IMG/VR virus record: IMGVR_UViG_2974623298_000001
Span: 12,262-76,261 of that record
DNA: 64,000 bases
Reading direction: 5' to 3' (one strand)
Origin: a virus
Lineage: Duplodnaviria; Caudoviricetes
This document shows, one piece after another, positions 37,763-46,581 of this stretch. The position numbers and the translations under genes are program-made. Each line of letters begins with the position of its first letter. Position 1 is the stretch's first letter. Under the pieces are notes generated by a model. The model saw only the letters and a program-made list of their open reading frames with translations. It made no database searches and was not told the DNA's origin.

Positions 37763-37959
37763 TGGTTCTCCTTCTCCCTGCTGATGATGTAGTCGTGCAC
37801 GTCCTGACGTGGGATCAGGTAACCCCTGCCCGGACGATGAGCGTTCGGGAACTTGCCGGCCTTGATCAGCTCCCTCACGTGCCCCGGAGTCACCATGAGT
37901 ATCTCCGCCACCTGGTCGGTGCGCAGTAGATCTTCTTGCGGCACGGTCCTCACGGTCAC
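37759..37959 (-). CDS. Excisionase-like HTH DNA-binding protein
   Basis: LLRTDQVAEILMVTPGHVRELIKAGKFP..GRGYLIP; GAAAGGAG RBS. Confidence 0.8.
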   Translation of the reverse strand: MTVRTVPQEDLLRTDQVAEILMVTPGHVRELIKAGKFPNAHRPGRGYLIPRQDVHDYIISREKENQ

Positions 37960-37962
37960 TCC

Positions 37963-38221
37963 TTTCGTAATAACTGTCTATCAAGGCAGATTCCTTGATG
38001 TCGGCCTCAGCAAGGACTTCTACTTGATTGGTACAGTCCTCGCATATGTATCGTTTTCTTTTTTGAGATGGCGCGTTCCGATAGTGTCGATCGTATTCGA
38101 TCCAGTATGTCATCTCGAACTTACCGCTGACATACTCCACCAGAACCGGGGTTATCTCTGCGTACCGATCACGCGGAAACTTGCAACCCCTGCGTCTCCA
38201 CGCGCAGCCTGTAGCCTTCAT
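37963..38221 (-). CDS. Cys-motif hypothetical segment with no own stop (in frame with orn)
   Basis: ATG at 38221 coupled to the upstream stop; CAW...C and CEDC; frame stays open to 37136. Confidence 0.45.
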
Positions 38222-38502
38222 CCCCCCAGATGCACACGCTGCATGATGGCGTTGAGGTCGCCCATCAGTCCGTCGACCACCTTGATAGTAGCCTTGCGAA
38301 TCTCGTATTCCTCCATGGCCTTCTCGATCTTGACCTTCGACCCGCTGTTCCTGGAAGCGTCGCGCATGTCGGCCTCGGCGAGGGACAGCTGCGCCCGGCT
38401 GTCCACTGCCAGGTCGATGAGTCGCTGCTCGAAGAGATCGAGCACCCGCTTGTTGCGGTCCTCGAACAACTTACCTACGTTCATCAGTGCGGTTCGGATC
38501 AT
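38218..38502 (-). CDS. Coiled-coil hypothetical protein
   Basis: ATG at 38502, ATGA overlap with the helicase stop. Confidence 0.6.
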   Translation of the reverse strand: MIRTALMNVGKLFEDRNKRVLDLFEQRLIDLAVDSRAQLSLAEADMRDASRNSGSKVKIEKAMEEYEIRKATIKVVDGLMGDLNAIMQRVHLGG

Positions 38503-40286
38503 AGCGTGCCCTCCAGTGCGTCGTTGAGCTTCTCCATGAAGCTCGAGTCCACGGAACCCTTGGCCCCGTTGCGGATGATGGTGTCGAACGAGAACTCTTT
38601 GTCTTTGATGATCTGTTCGACACGATACTCCGCCGAGTTGCGGACCATGTAGTCGAACACCTGGATCGAAGAGTGGTGCTCCGATCCGACGCGGCGCATA
38701 CGTCCCACACACTGGTCATTCAAGCCGGGGCTGAACTCCTTGCCGATAAACTGCCCGTGATTTGCGGCAGTCATATTGAGTCCCACACCCATAGCCTTGA
38801 TGATCCCGATGATGACGCCTGGCTCTTTGTCTGCCGTCCAGTCCTTCACCACCTGCTGGCGCTTGTCCTTGTTGATCTTCCCATGAATCTGGTAGACCGG
38901 AGTGCCAGGGCGAGCCTCCTCGAGGCGACGCATGTATGCCTTGATTATCGGCATGAACTGGGTGAACACAATGAGCTTGTGCCCATTGTCCAGTATCTCG
39001 CACGCGTCCTCGATGGCGAGGTCTAGCTTCGGTGACTCGTCCCAGTCAGGCAGCAGCGTGCATGTTGAGGCACAGATCTGCCGCAGCCGTAGCTGCCTCA
39101 CCATCGGCCACTCCAGCGCCTCGTCCTGTTCGTCAGTGAACGAGGGCACGTACTTCTGTAGCTTGTGTTCGGTCGCCAGGTAGTTGTACATCTCACGAGG
39201 CTTGTCCACCAGGGACACCATGCGCTTGATGACCTGGACCTCAGGCAGGTCGATGACGTTGTCGATCTCACGACGCAGCATAACCTGCGACAGGCGAGCG
39301 GTGAGCTGTCGCTCGTTCTTGACCGCAGTCACCTGCTTGCCGTTGAATCCACCGAGCACACAGTACTTCGCCTTGAAGCCTGCGAACGTGCCCCATTGTC
39401 CCGGCGTCACCCAGTCGAGCAGGGTCCACAGGTCGTCGACCTGGTTGGTCATCGGCGTCCCGCTCATGGCGAGGCGACGACCGGCAGCCAACTGACTGAT
39501 GTCCTTATATGCGTTGGTCTCACGGTTCTTGATGATGTGCGCTTCGTCGGCCACGAGGTAGTCGATGCCCATCGAGTTGAGCTGCTGAATGTGGTACGAC
39601 AGCGCCTCGTAGTTGATGACCAGAATCTTGTGGTTGTCGATGCGCTTGAACTCTTCAATCTGCTTGAAGCGATCAACCAGGTCACCAGTCACCACGCAGT
39701 ACTCTAGCTTGGTGAACTTGGTGATCTCGTCTGCCCAGTTCATGCGCAAGGAGGCGGGCACCACAGCCACCATGAGGCACCGCTTCTGTGGGTCCTTCTT
39801 GACCGACGACCAGATGTGCATACCAAAGGTGAACAGCGCCTGGATAGTCTTGCCGAGACCCATCTCGTCGCCGAGGATGGCACCCTTCTTGTTCTTCAGC
39901 CAGCGCACGCCCTCGTCCTGGTAGGGCTTCAGCTCAACCTCAGGACGAATCCAGTAGTCGAGTGAACCCCTACTGCGAGGGCCCTGCGTACCCGAGAGCG
40001 TGTTCAGTTTTTTCGCTGAACCGGCGCTCAAGGGTGCTGACGAAGGGCGTTCGTTCACCGTTGTCACTGAGGATCTCCCACTTGATTGGTACTGTTTCAC
40101 CGAGATCGTTGGTGCCTTCGATGAACTCAATTCGACAGTCAGGGAAGTGGCGCTCGACCCAAGCGATGTAATCGAGTGCGTCACTGACTGTTCGGGGGAC
40201 TGAAGTGTTCCAGACTTCGGACAGACCTGCCTCACGGTAGCGGTAGGCCTTGTAGGTACGGTGTACGTCCTCTTCTTTCGGAACAA
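38499..40286 (-). CDS. SNF2-family DNA helicase (start unresolved)
   Basis: LKPYQ, GDEMGLGKT, DEAH, SGTP, VFTQF, GLN and GRMRR motifs. Confidence 0.9.
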   Translation of the reverse strand: MFRKKRTYTVPTRPTATVRQVCPKSGTLQSPEQSVTHSITSLGSSATSLTVELSSSKAPTISVKQYQSSGRSSVTTVNERPSSAPLSAGSAKKLNTLSGTQGPRSRGSLDYWIRPEVELKPYQDEGVRWLKNKKGAILGDEMGLGKTIQALFTFGMHIWSSVKKDPQKRCLMVAVVPASLRMNWADEITKFTKLEYCVVTGDLVDRFKQIEEFKRIDNHKILVINYEALSYHIQQLNSMGIDYLVADEAHIIKNRETNAYKDISQLAAGRRLAMSGTPMTNQVDDLWTLLDWVTPGQWGTFAGFKAKYCVLGGFNGKQVTAVKNERQLTARLSQVMLRREIDNVIDLPEVQVIKRMVSLVDKPREMYNYLATEHKLQKYVPSFTDEQDEALEWPMVRQLRLRQICASTCTLLPDWDESPKLDLAIEDACEILDNGHKLIVFTQFMPIIKAYMRRLEEARPGTPVYQIHGKINKDKRQQVVKDWTADKEPGVIIGIIKAMGVGLNMTAANHGQFIGKEFSPGLNDQCVGRMRRVGSEHHSSIQVFDYMVRNSAEYRVEQIIKDKEFSFDTIIRNGAKGSVDSSFMEKLNDALEGTL

Positions 40287-40293
40287 ACTTCAC
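39970..40293 (-). CDS. Hypothetical protein (possible helicase N-terminal domain)
   Basis: GTG at 40293 coupled (GTGA) to the upstream stop; overlaps the helicase frame. Confidence 0.6.
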   Translation of the reverse strand: MKFVPKEEDVHRTYKAYRYREAGLSEVWNTSVPRTVSDALDYIAWVERHFPDCRIEFIEGTNDLGETVPIKWEILSDNGERTPFVSTLERRFSEKTEHALGYAGPSQ

Positions 40294-40958
40294 CCCCACT
40301 TCATCTTGTTCTGGCATCCCTTGCACCCCCCGTCGCGGTCAATGTGCTCCCGCATGTCTGCGACAGAGGCGTAAGGCTTGCCGCATTTGCTGCACATCAA
40401 CGGTTGCTTGCCGATCTTTATTCCGACCACGCCGTGATTGAAGTTGTAGGTCTCGGTCTCCTGCGTAGGCGGGACCGACTTCAGCTTCGGCTGCGGTTCG
40501 GGAAGGTCGGCGATGTCGCTCTCGAAGAACTCTCCCTCGAGAGGACCAGCATACTTGATGTCCTCGACCTCCACCTCCGGTTCATCTTCGGGCAGCTCGT
40601 CGATCGCCTTGCTGATCTTCTCGAAGACGTGATCGCCGGGCTTCTCATCGTCGCCGCCCAGGCCGAGGGCCGCTTCGTAGGTCTGCCCGTCCACCATGCG
40701 GCCGCGCCGGTAGACTCGCGCGCCGACGATGATGCCCTGGAGTTTGAAGGCGTATGCGGTCTGTCCAAGCTCGCCGATCAGGTCGTGCAGGAAATCCATC
40801 TGGTCGTTGGTGAGCTCGTCGATGAAGGAGCTGAACGCGGCGAGGTCAGCGTTGTGGCTCTCTTCCTTCTGACGAGATGCCTCTTCGTACTGCTTCTGCT
40901 GGAAGCGCTGGAACTCCACAGCCTGGCGGAACTCTTCGGGAATGTCATTGTCGGACAT
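40290..40958 (-). CDS. Hypothetical protein with C-terminal zinc-finger-like motif
   Basis: ATG at 40958; CSKC...H...CKGC. Confidence 0.7.
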   Translation of the reverse strand: MSDNDIPEEFRQAVEFQRFQQKQYEEASRQKEESHNADLAAFSSFIDELTNDQMDFLHDLIGELGQTAYAFKLQGIIVGARVYRRGRMVDGQTYEAALGLGGDDEKPGDHVFEKISKAIDELPEDEPEVEVEDIKYAGPLEGEFFESDIADLPEPQPKLKSVPPTQETETYNFNHGVVGIKIGKQPLMCSKCGKPYASVADMREHIDRDGGCKGCQNKMKWG

Positions 40959-40983
40959 GCGTTTATCCTTCCTGTAGGCACTA

Positions 40984-41021
40984 TAGTAAGGGGACCGCAC
41001 CACAGCGCGGTCCCCTTACTA
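40984..41021. terminator. 15-bp perfect hairpin
   Basis: TAGTAAGGGGACCGC / GCGGTCCCCTTACTA. Confidence 0.55.
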
Positions 41022-41072
41022 TCCTTACCCTAGTGATCAGCGGGTGATTGGCACCCTAGCGGGGAAGCCTGA

Positions 41073-42191
41073 TCAGAAGGGAGGTTCTTCGTCCTCGTCG
41101 ATCTGCACCGTGCCTGCGGCGGGTGCCGTGTTCGAGAGGGGCTTGACTTTGCCCTTGGTCGAGATGACCTGCTCCTCGGCGGGGGCGGGCGGCGGTGTCG
41201 GCGGAGTCGGCTCGGGCGTCGGCTCCGGCTGCACCCGCGTCTGCGCCTGTGGCGGTGCAGGTTGTGCGGGCTGCGGAGTTGGAGTCGGTTCCGGCTTGGG
41301 CTCGTCCGGCACCACGTCAGCGTCGATGACGTTGCCCTCGATGTCGCCGTCGGGCACGGTTGCCGCAGCCTTGGCGGCTGCTGCCTCCTTGTCGTCGTCA
41401 TCCCTCGGCATCGGGTACTGCAGCAGGAATCCCTGCGCCGACTTGAAGGAATCGAAGTAGTCCTGGTAGGACTCGGGATTGGTCTTGGCAACCTTGGTGA
41501 AGATCGGCGTGCAGAACTTCACCATGCCACGCTTGTTCACGTCGAGCGTGAGCTTGGTTGCGACCGTGAAGATCGGGGTCTTCTTGGAGGCGAACGGCGT
41601 GACGTACTGGCGAGCCGGCTTGATGCCCGACCGCCGGATGGTGAACAGTGCGGGCACCCAGACCTCGGGGTCCTCCGGGTCCTGGTACAGAAGGGGGAAG
41701 GTCCACTCCTCGGAGCACCACGGCTTCTTGCCCGACGGGTCGGTGTTCCACTCCTTGAAGTGGCAGTCCTTGCATCCGATGCTGGGCATCGTGAGCAGAT
41801 TCTGTTCCGGTCCGACGAACAGCGGTGATGCATCCGCCGGTGAGTACACGTCCTGCGCTTCCCATGGGAACTGCTTGCTCGTGGGGAGCTCGGTGTCCAT
41901 GTTCGGGAAGCCGTTGCGCATGTCCGGCGACTTGCAGAGCGGCGGGTCCTGATCGTCGCCGTCGCTCATCTCGCCCCACATGATGCGGGACTTGTGCAGA
42001 CCGAGGAGGATCACGGTGAGCTCGTTGAACAGCTCGTCGGTCTGACTGTTCTTGAATGCCGCCTCGGGATGGTCGATCGAGAGGCGGGGCATCGTCAGGT
42101 CATTGGTATCGAAGTCCTCGAGACCGGTCTCCAGACCGTCCCAAGCGACGACATCGGTACCCGTCGTCTGACTGGGCTGCAAAGAAGTCAT
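41073..42191 (-). CDS. Probable ssDNA-binding / annealing protein
   Basis: 372 aa; PPLCKS and CKDC motifs, Pro-rich linker, acidic tail DEDEEPPF typical of SSBs. Confidence 0.55.
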   Translation of the reverse strand: MTSLQPSQTTGTDVVAWDGLETGLEDFDTNDLTMPRLSIDHPEAAFKNSQTDELFNELTVILLGLHKSRIMWGEMSDGDDQDPPLCKSPDMRNGFPNMDTELPTSKQFPWEAQDVYSPADASPLFVGPEQNLLTMPSIGCKDCHFKEWNTDPSGKKPWCSEEWTFPLLYQDPEDPEVWVPALFTIRRSGIKPARQYVTPFASKKTPIFTVATKLTLDVNKRGMVKFCTPIFTKVAKTNPESYQDYFDSFKSAQGFLLQYPMPRDDDDKEAAAAKAAATVPDGDIEGNVIDADVVPDEPKPEPTPTPQPAQPAPPQAQTRVQPEPTPEPTPPTPPPAPAEEQVISTKGKVKPLSNTAPAAGTVQIDEDEEPPF

Positions 42192-42269
42192 GTAGGTAGA
42201 CTCGTTTCTTGTTGTCTTGCAGTTTCATCGGTTCGCTGTTTTGTTACCGGTATTCCTACCGATCTCTAT

Positions 42270-42298
42270 ACATTACTACATATCGGGATCGTTGTCAA
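42270..42298 (-). promoter_or_regulatory. SigA-like promoter TTGACA-N17-TAATGT
   Basis: Read on the - strand upstream of the SSB-like gene. Confidence 0.55.
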
Positions 42299-42594
42299 CC
42301 GAAACTTTGCGGACGTTTACTCGCCATCAATCGCGCGTTGCGCTGCTCGGTATACCTTATCCCCTTCCCCTTCAACCAGATCTTGAAGTCCGTTTCTGCT
42401 ACACGCCAGATGGGCTTCTCTTCCGGTGCGGATATGTTGACGACCCTGAGCCTGTGCTTCAGTGACCCAGTGGATCGGCCGGCAAAGTACAGGACACGTT
42501 CCTCGAGGTACGACCGAGAACAGTCCAGCATCAGGGCCACCTGCTGAACCGTGTAGAAGAACTCCCGCGCAGGGAAGTGCACCTCGGAGGTCAT
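42295..42594 (-). CDS. HTH DNA-binding protein
   Basis: FYTVQQVALMLDCSRSYL...WRV. Confidence 0.7.
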   Translation of the reverse strand: MTSEVHFPAREFFYTVQQVALMLDCSRSYLEERVLYFAGRSTGSLKHRLRVVNISAPEEKPIWRVAETDFKIWLKGKGIRYTEQRNARLMASKRPQSFG

Positions 42595-42614
42595 GATGTC
42601 CTCTTGGAACGAGT

Positions 42615-42968
42615 TCATCGGGTGATCGCGGACTGGTCGGCGGTACGGATCGGAGTCCAATTGCGACTGCGCACCTCATCCATGATGCCACCGCTGCGCG
42701 TGACACCGAACATGAGTGCATTGCAGTACGCCTTGATCTGCTCGGCCACCCAGGGGTTGACCATCAGTGCGTATGCACCATGCCCGGTCTCGCGGAGGCC
42801 CTTGTTGTGGATGTGATGAAGCTCGGTCATCATGTCGATGATCTCGACGGGCGCACCGTGCGCAACAGAGTGACTCTCGAAGCGGACGTACACGTACTTG
42901 CAGTCACCGAAGGTTTCGGTACCGCTCCAGACCACATTGTCGGGCGGCTGGGGAATGGTGAGACTCAT
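42615..42968 (-). CDS. Hypothetical protein
   Basis: 117 aa, AGGAGG RBS. Confidence 0.65.
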   Translation of the reverse strand: MSLTIPQPPDNVVWSGTETFGDCKYVYVRFESHSVAHGAPVEIIDMMTELHHIHNKGLRETGHGAYALMVNPWVAEQIKAYCNALMFGVTRSGGIMDEVRSRNWTPIRTADQSAITR

Positions 42969-42978
42969 TGGTTACCTC

Positions 42979-43242
42979 CTATGAAATGTGCTTGACGGCG
43001 TTCGAGGGTGTGGATGTGAAGGCGATGGACTTGTCGCGCGGGGTTGCACCAATCAGCCACTGGAAAGATTCGTTGGTGCCGGGGAACAACGTGTTGATAG
43101 ACTCGACAGCTTGTACTGCGCTGTCAAACGAGCCCATCGACTCGGCCTGGCCGTTGCCCATCTTGTCGGTGATTCGCCAGTACCAGCGGTGAGCTGTCGG
43201 TCGGTTGTATGTACCGCCTCGCTCAATCCGTATCCGTCTCAT
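42979..43242 (-). CDS. Hypothetical protein (YegP/DUF1508-like)
   Basis: WYWRI...NGQAESMGSF pattern. Confidence 0.55.
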   Translation of the reverse strand: MRRIRIERGGTYNRPTAHRWYWRITDKMGNGQAESMGSFDSAVQAVESINTLFPGTNESFQWLIGATPRDKSIAFTSTPSNAVKHIS

Positions 43243-43373
43243 CTGCCAGTTCTCTTCCTCTTGGCCCGCGCCTTGCGCTTCTTCTTGTAGAAACGCTCGG
43301 CACGCTTCTCGGTCTTGCGGTCCTCCTTCTCGATCTTCTTGATGTACTCGTCGTAGTCACCTTCGAAGGTCAT
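43239..43373 (-). CDS. Small highly basic protein
   Basis: MTFEGDYDEYIKK...KRKRTGR. Confidence 0.5.
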   Translation of the reverse strand: MTFEGDYDEYIKKIEKEDRKTEKRAERFYKKKRKARAKRKRTGR

Positions 43374-43374
43374 G

Positions 43375-44001
43375 TCATCCTCTCTTTGCGCGCCTACGCA
43401 AGGCCTCGAGCCCGTCGCGCATACCCTCGACCGTGAGGTGCTGAAAGTACAAGGGCTTGCGGTGAATCTTGGCGTACCCGATCCGCTCCCAGCGATTGAA
43501 CACTGCACCGATAGCTCCGGTACTCGGCGGGTTCTCGTGGTCGATGAGCTCGGCGATGACTTGCGGTGTCATGAGCTCATCGAACTCGCCCATCATGGCA
43601 CGGTGACAGACCTGCTGGACCTCGGCTTCGAGCTGCCCGCGCTGCCGTTGGCCGGTCGGCGTGCCGGTGTAGACGGGTGCCAATTCCAGTAGGCCAGGAG
43701 CCGATTCGCTCGGACGTTCGCGGGGCACGCGGGCATCGACACCCACCGACAATGAAGCGCCCTCGAGTTCGACTGTGGGAGTCAGGTATTCCGACAGGTC
43801 GGGGTACTGATACGGCACGTAGTTGGGGTTCTGATGAACCCTTCGCTCCGTGTTCGCCATCTTGTACATGCGATCGAACTTGGTGTGGCAGCTGCACTCA
43901 CATATCTCATGCATGGTGCACACCTTCATCGGCTTGCCCGAAGGGCTGACCGGAGCGGTTCCCTCGCAGCTTCCGATGTCACAGAAACCTGTCTTATACA
44001 T
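43375..44001 (-). CDS. Cys-rich N-terminus plus C-terminal wHTH-like protein
   Basis: ATG at 44001 after GGAGG; C..C..C...HEICECSCH. Confidence 0.65.
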   Translation of the reverse strand: MYKTGFCDIGSCEGTAPVSPSGKPMKVCTMHEICECSCHTKFDRMYKMANTERRVHQNPNYVPYQYPDLSEYLTPTVELEGASLSVGVDARVPRERPSESAPGLLELAPVYTGTPTGQRQRGQLEAEVQQVCHRAMMGEFDELMTPQVIAELIDHENPPSTGAIGAVFNRWERIGYAKIHRKPLYFQHLTVEGMRDGLEALRRRAKRG

Positions 44002-44012
44002 GATGCCTCCTC

Positions 44013-44564
44013 TCATTCGTCCTCGGGGGAGTCCGCGAAGCTCGTGTCCTCGTCGAGGTCTTGTGCAATGGTTGTTGGTGGGACAAAGGGTACATGCACC
44101 TTCGTTACCACGCTTGCGTGTGGCCCCTCCCACGTGTCCCTGAGTACCGGGTTGGTTACCCAGCGCTCACCCTCTCGCTTCCACAGGACGGCGGGGTCTC
44201 GGAAGGATCGTGAGTAGTCAGCCTCCCCCGACTCCATAGCCTGTGCCGCGTGTGCATCACGCAGTGCGCAGGTATGATATGCCTCGGCAAAGGCGATGTC
44301 GAACGCACCCTTCAGTGCGGTGAGCTCGTCCACCCTCAGATTGGTCAGCTCGAGGGTGGTGCGCCCGAACTGATTGACGAGATCGAGGTTCACGTCACCA
44401 CCAGGCTCAACCCCCTTGGGCTCGGGGAGCAATCGAACGATCACCTGGGTGGTGAATACCTTTACCCAGGCACGCCGACCCTCGCCGAACACGCCAGGTG
44501 CAACGCCCTTCTTCTTAAGCGTCTCGGCTTTCTTTTTCCCTGGCCCTCGCTGCGGCAGCGGCAT
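44013..44564 (-). CDS. Hypothetical protein
   Basis: ATG at 44564 within ORF 44013..44756. Confidence 0.6.
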   Translation of the reverse strand: MPLPQRGPGKKKAETLKKKGVAPGVFGEGRRAWVKVFTTQVIVRLLPEPKGVEPGGDVNLDLVNQFGRTTLELTNLRVDELTALKGAFDIAFAEAYHTCALRDAHAAQAMESGEADYSRSFRDPAVLWKREGERWVTNPVLRDTWEGPHASVVTKVHVPFVPPTTIAQDLDEDTSFADSPEDE

Positions 44565-44772
44565 TACGCATCCTCTCTGTCCTCGAGATGTCTTTCGGGT
44601 AGTTGTAGTCAGGGTCCTGACCGAGGCAGGACTCGCACAACCAGTCGACCACCCTCGACCTGAACACGGTGGTTGCGTTGCCGATGCCCGCAAACAGAAC
44701 CTTCTTGCTCGAGAGCTGATCCCTCGGTAGGTCCTTGCCGCAACGGGTGCAGGCATACATTGGCTCTGGCAT
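44515..44772 (-). CDS. Zinc-finger-like hypothetical protein
   Basis: CTRC and CESC motifs. Confidence 0.6.
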   Translation of the reverse strand: MPEPMYACTRCGKDLPRDQLSSKKVLFAGIGNATTVFRSRVVDWLCESCLGQDPDYNYPKDISRTERMRNAAAAARAREKESRDA

Positions 44773-44784
44773 TGTCTCTCTTTC

Positions 44785-45660
44785 TTAGAAGGGCGCTGGA
44801 ACTGAATCAGGGAAGTTCGGAGCTTTTGATTCGATACAGGTTCGGCATTTGCCTAGAGTCGCTAACAGTGCGCGGTCACTACTGCCCGGATCGAGTGCGG
44901 AGTAGCTGACATTGCATTGATCGCAGTCATAGTCGAAACCTATGCCCAGGTCTACCACTCCATCCAGGGCGGCCATGTACCCCTCAATGAGGACTCCAAG
45001 AGTAGGGATGTAGTCGAGTGGGAACTCGCCGATGTTAAGCGTGATCGTATCGACCACCCTGATTGGAGCCGAGGGTGGGGTGGGGTCGAGGAAGTATGGT
45101 CGACACAGGGCTACCAGCTTGACCATGTTAGTCTCGCTATCTTCCAGCGCACGGAATCGTGCATACCCAGTGATAAGGCTGTGGTTAGGGTCAAAGACCT
45201 GGGCGATCGGCATGTCAAAGAAGCACTGGCTTCGCAGCATACCGTAGATTGCAACTTCGGTCACAGCCTCGAAGTGACTACCCGCGTCGGTGATGCTACA
45301 GAAAAACACCGGCACCCTGGCCGCAGCTCCGTACGCTCTGGGGTACATGTCGGTGATGAACTCTTTATTAACAGCAGTCGACATCACCCGCTCCATTGCC
45401 ATGCGAGTCACTGGAGCTCCGGATTTTGACTCTAGTATCAGAGCTGCGTCCGAGACTCCAGCGGGCTGGCGGTTGCGAATAATCGGCGAGCCTCCATGCG
45501 AAGGCTTTGCTACAACGAGGTCTCGAGTATAGTACTTGGACCAGGCCAGCATGATTGCTCGCAGATCACCAACGTTAGGTGCATAAGCGTTGTGCTCAGA
45601 CACATCGTAGAGGGGTTCCTCAAGTCTGGCTAGCGCCTTCCTCAGGCCATTGATTGACAT
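44785..45660 (-). CDS. Hypothetical protein (C-terminal CxxC pairs)
   Basis: ATG at 45660 after GGAGGAG. Confidence 0.65.
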   Translation of the reverse strand: MSINGLRKALARLEEPLYDVSEHNAYAPNVGDLRAIMLAWSKYYTRDLVVAKPSHGGSPIIRNRQPAGVSDAALILESKSGAPVTRMAMERVMSTAVNKEFITDMYPRAYGAAARVPVFFCSITDAGSHFEAVTEVAIYGMLRSQCFFDMPIAQVFDPNHSLITGYARFRALEDSETNMVKLVALCRPYFLDPTPPSAPIRVVDTITLNIGEFPLDYIPTLGVLIEGYMAALDGVVDLGIGFDYDCDQCNVSYSALDPGSSDRALLATLGKCRTCIESKAPNFPDSVPAPF

Positions 45661-46108
45661 GATCGTCTCCTCCTTCAATGTGTCTGCTTGCGAGGGCTCC
45701 GGACAGGGGAGGATCAAGGACATCTGCGTATAGCTTCCGTTGGGACTCGTCCAGTAACCCTGCCATATCGAACGACTGTATTGCTCGATGCTCTTCAATG
45801 GGTCGAGTCCCCAGGCGACGCTTCCGTCGCTTAGCTTTAGCTCCGCTACCGTTCCCGGAAGAGCTCCAGAGGGAGGACCCATCACTTGCGGCGCTCGCTC
45901 CCACGTCTCCCGGTTGAACCACCCCGACTTGCGGTTCTTGCGGGGCTTCTTTGTTTGCTTCCGCCCCTCTATCAGCCGCTGTCTTTCCTGCCGTCTTTGC
46001 TGTTCGCTTTCGCGGAGCTGCTTTCCGCTGCCGAATTGCCACAGCCCCTTCGCACTCACAGGGTGCCGCCTCGCAAAACATGCACAGCTCTGGTCCCTTC
46101 TTCCCCAT
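45620..46108 (-). CDS. Hypothetical protein (N-terminal Cys cluster)
   Basis: CMFC...CEC; TAATG-coupled. Confidence 0.55.
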   Translation of the reverse strand: MGKKGPELCMFCEAAPCECEGAVAIRQRKAAPRKRTAKTAGKTAADRGAEANKEAPQEPQVGVVQPGDVGASAASDGSSLWSSSGNGSGAKAKRRKRRLGTRPIEEHRAIQSFDMAGLLDESQRKLYADVLDPPLSGALASRHIEGGDDHVNQWPEEGASQT

Positions 46109-46278
46109 TACTCCACCGGCTTGATGAGTGCTACGTTCTTCCCGTCCATGCGCTTGATGTCGCCGGTTGGTTCGTACAGCTTCCCCTCCTGTGGGTGGAA
46201 CAGGTACACCGACTCGGTACCCGAACGATGCTTGCAGGCGAGCTTGACCAGCCCTTCCTTGAAGTCGAACAGTCTCAT
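46108..46278 (-). CDS. 56-aa hypothetical protein
   Basis: MRLFDFKEGLVKL...; coupled at both ends. Confidence 0.55.
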   Translation of the reverse strand: MRLFDFKEGLVKLACKHRSGTESVYLFHPQEGKLYEPTGDIKRMDGKNVALIKPVE

Positions 46279-46559
46279 ACCGGACCTCCCATCTGCATGG
46301 TGTGGTACCCCGCAGCGTAGCCGGCCAGTCCTACGGCCTCGGCGTGGGTGCCGCCGATCAGCGTTGATCGGTATTGCTCTTTCGTATCGAACGGCGACGA
46401 CAGACGCAACGAGATCACCATGCTGGCAATCACATGGGAATCATCGGCAGCGTCCGCTGCCACGAGGTAAGCGTGCACAGCCTCTTGCACCCTGCGTTCG
46501 TGCTCTTCCAGGTTACTCAATGGTATGGCCTCCTTCAGTTGATAAGTGAATGGTACCAT
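46275..46559 (-). CDS. Hypothetical protein (start uncertain)
   Basis: 94-aa ORF. Confidence 0.55.
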   Translation of the reverse strand: MVPFTYQLKEAIPLSNLEEHERRVQEAVHAYLVAADAADDSHVIASMVISLRLSSPFDTKEQYRSTLIGGTHAEAVGLAGYAAGYHTMQMGGPV

Positions 46560-46578
46560 ACGCGGTACTAGTTGTCAA
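46550..46578 (-). promoter_or_regulatory. SigA-like promoter TTGACA-N17-TACCAT
   Basis: Perfect -35; the spacer contains the recurrent ACTAGTACC motif. Confidence 0.7.
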
Positions 46579-46581
46579 ATC

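Noticed and set aside
37759-37959. Temperate lifestyle implied by the excisionase-like HTH
   Set aside because: No integrase, repressor or attP was recognised in the window; HTH_17 genes also occur in lytic phages.
44785-46059. 424-aa single ORF from the track
   Set aside because: The upstream third overlaps the coupled Cys-containing gene 45620..46108; a strong RBS supports a start at 45660.
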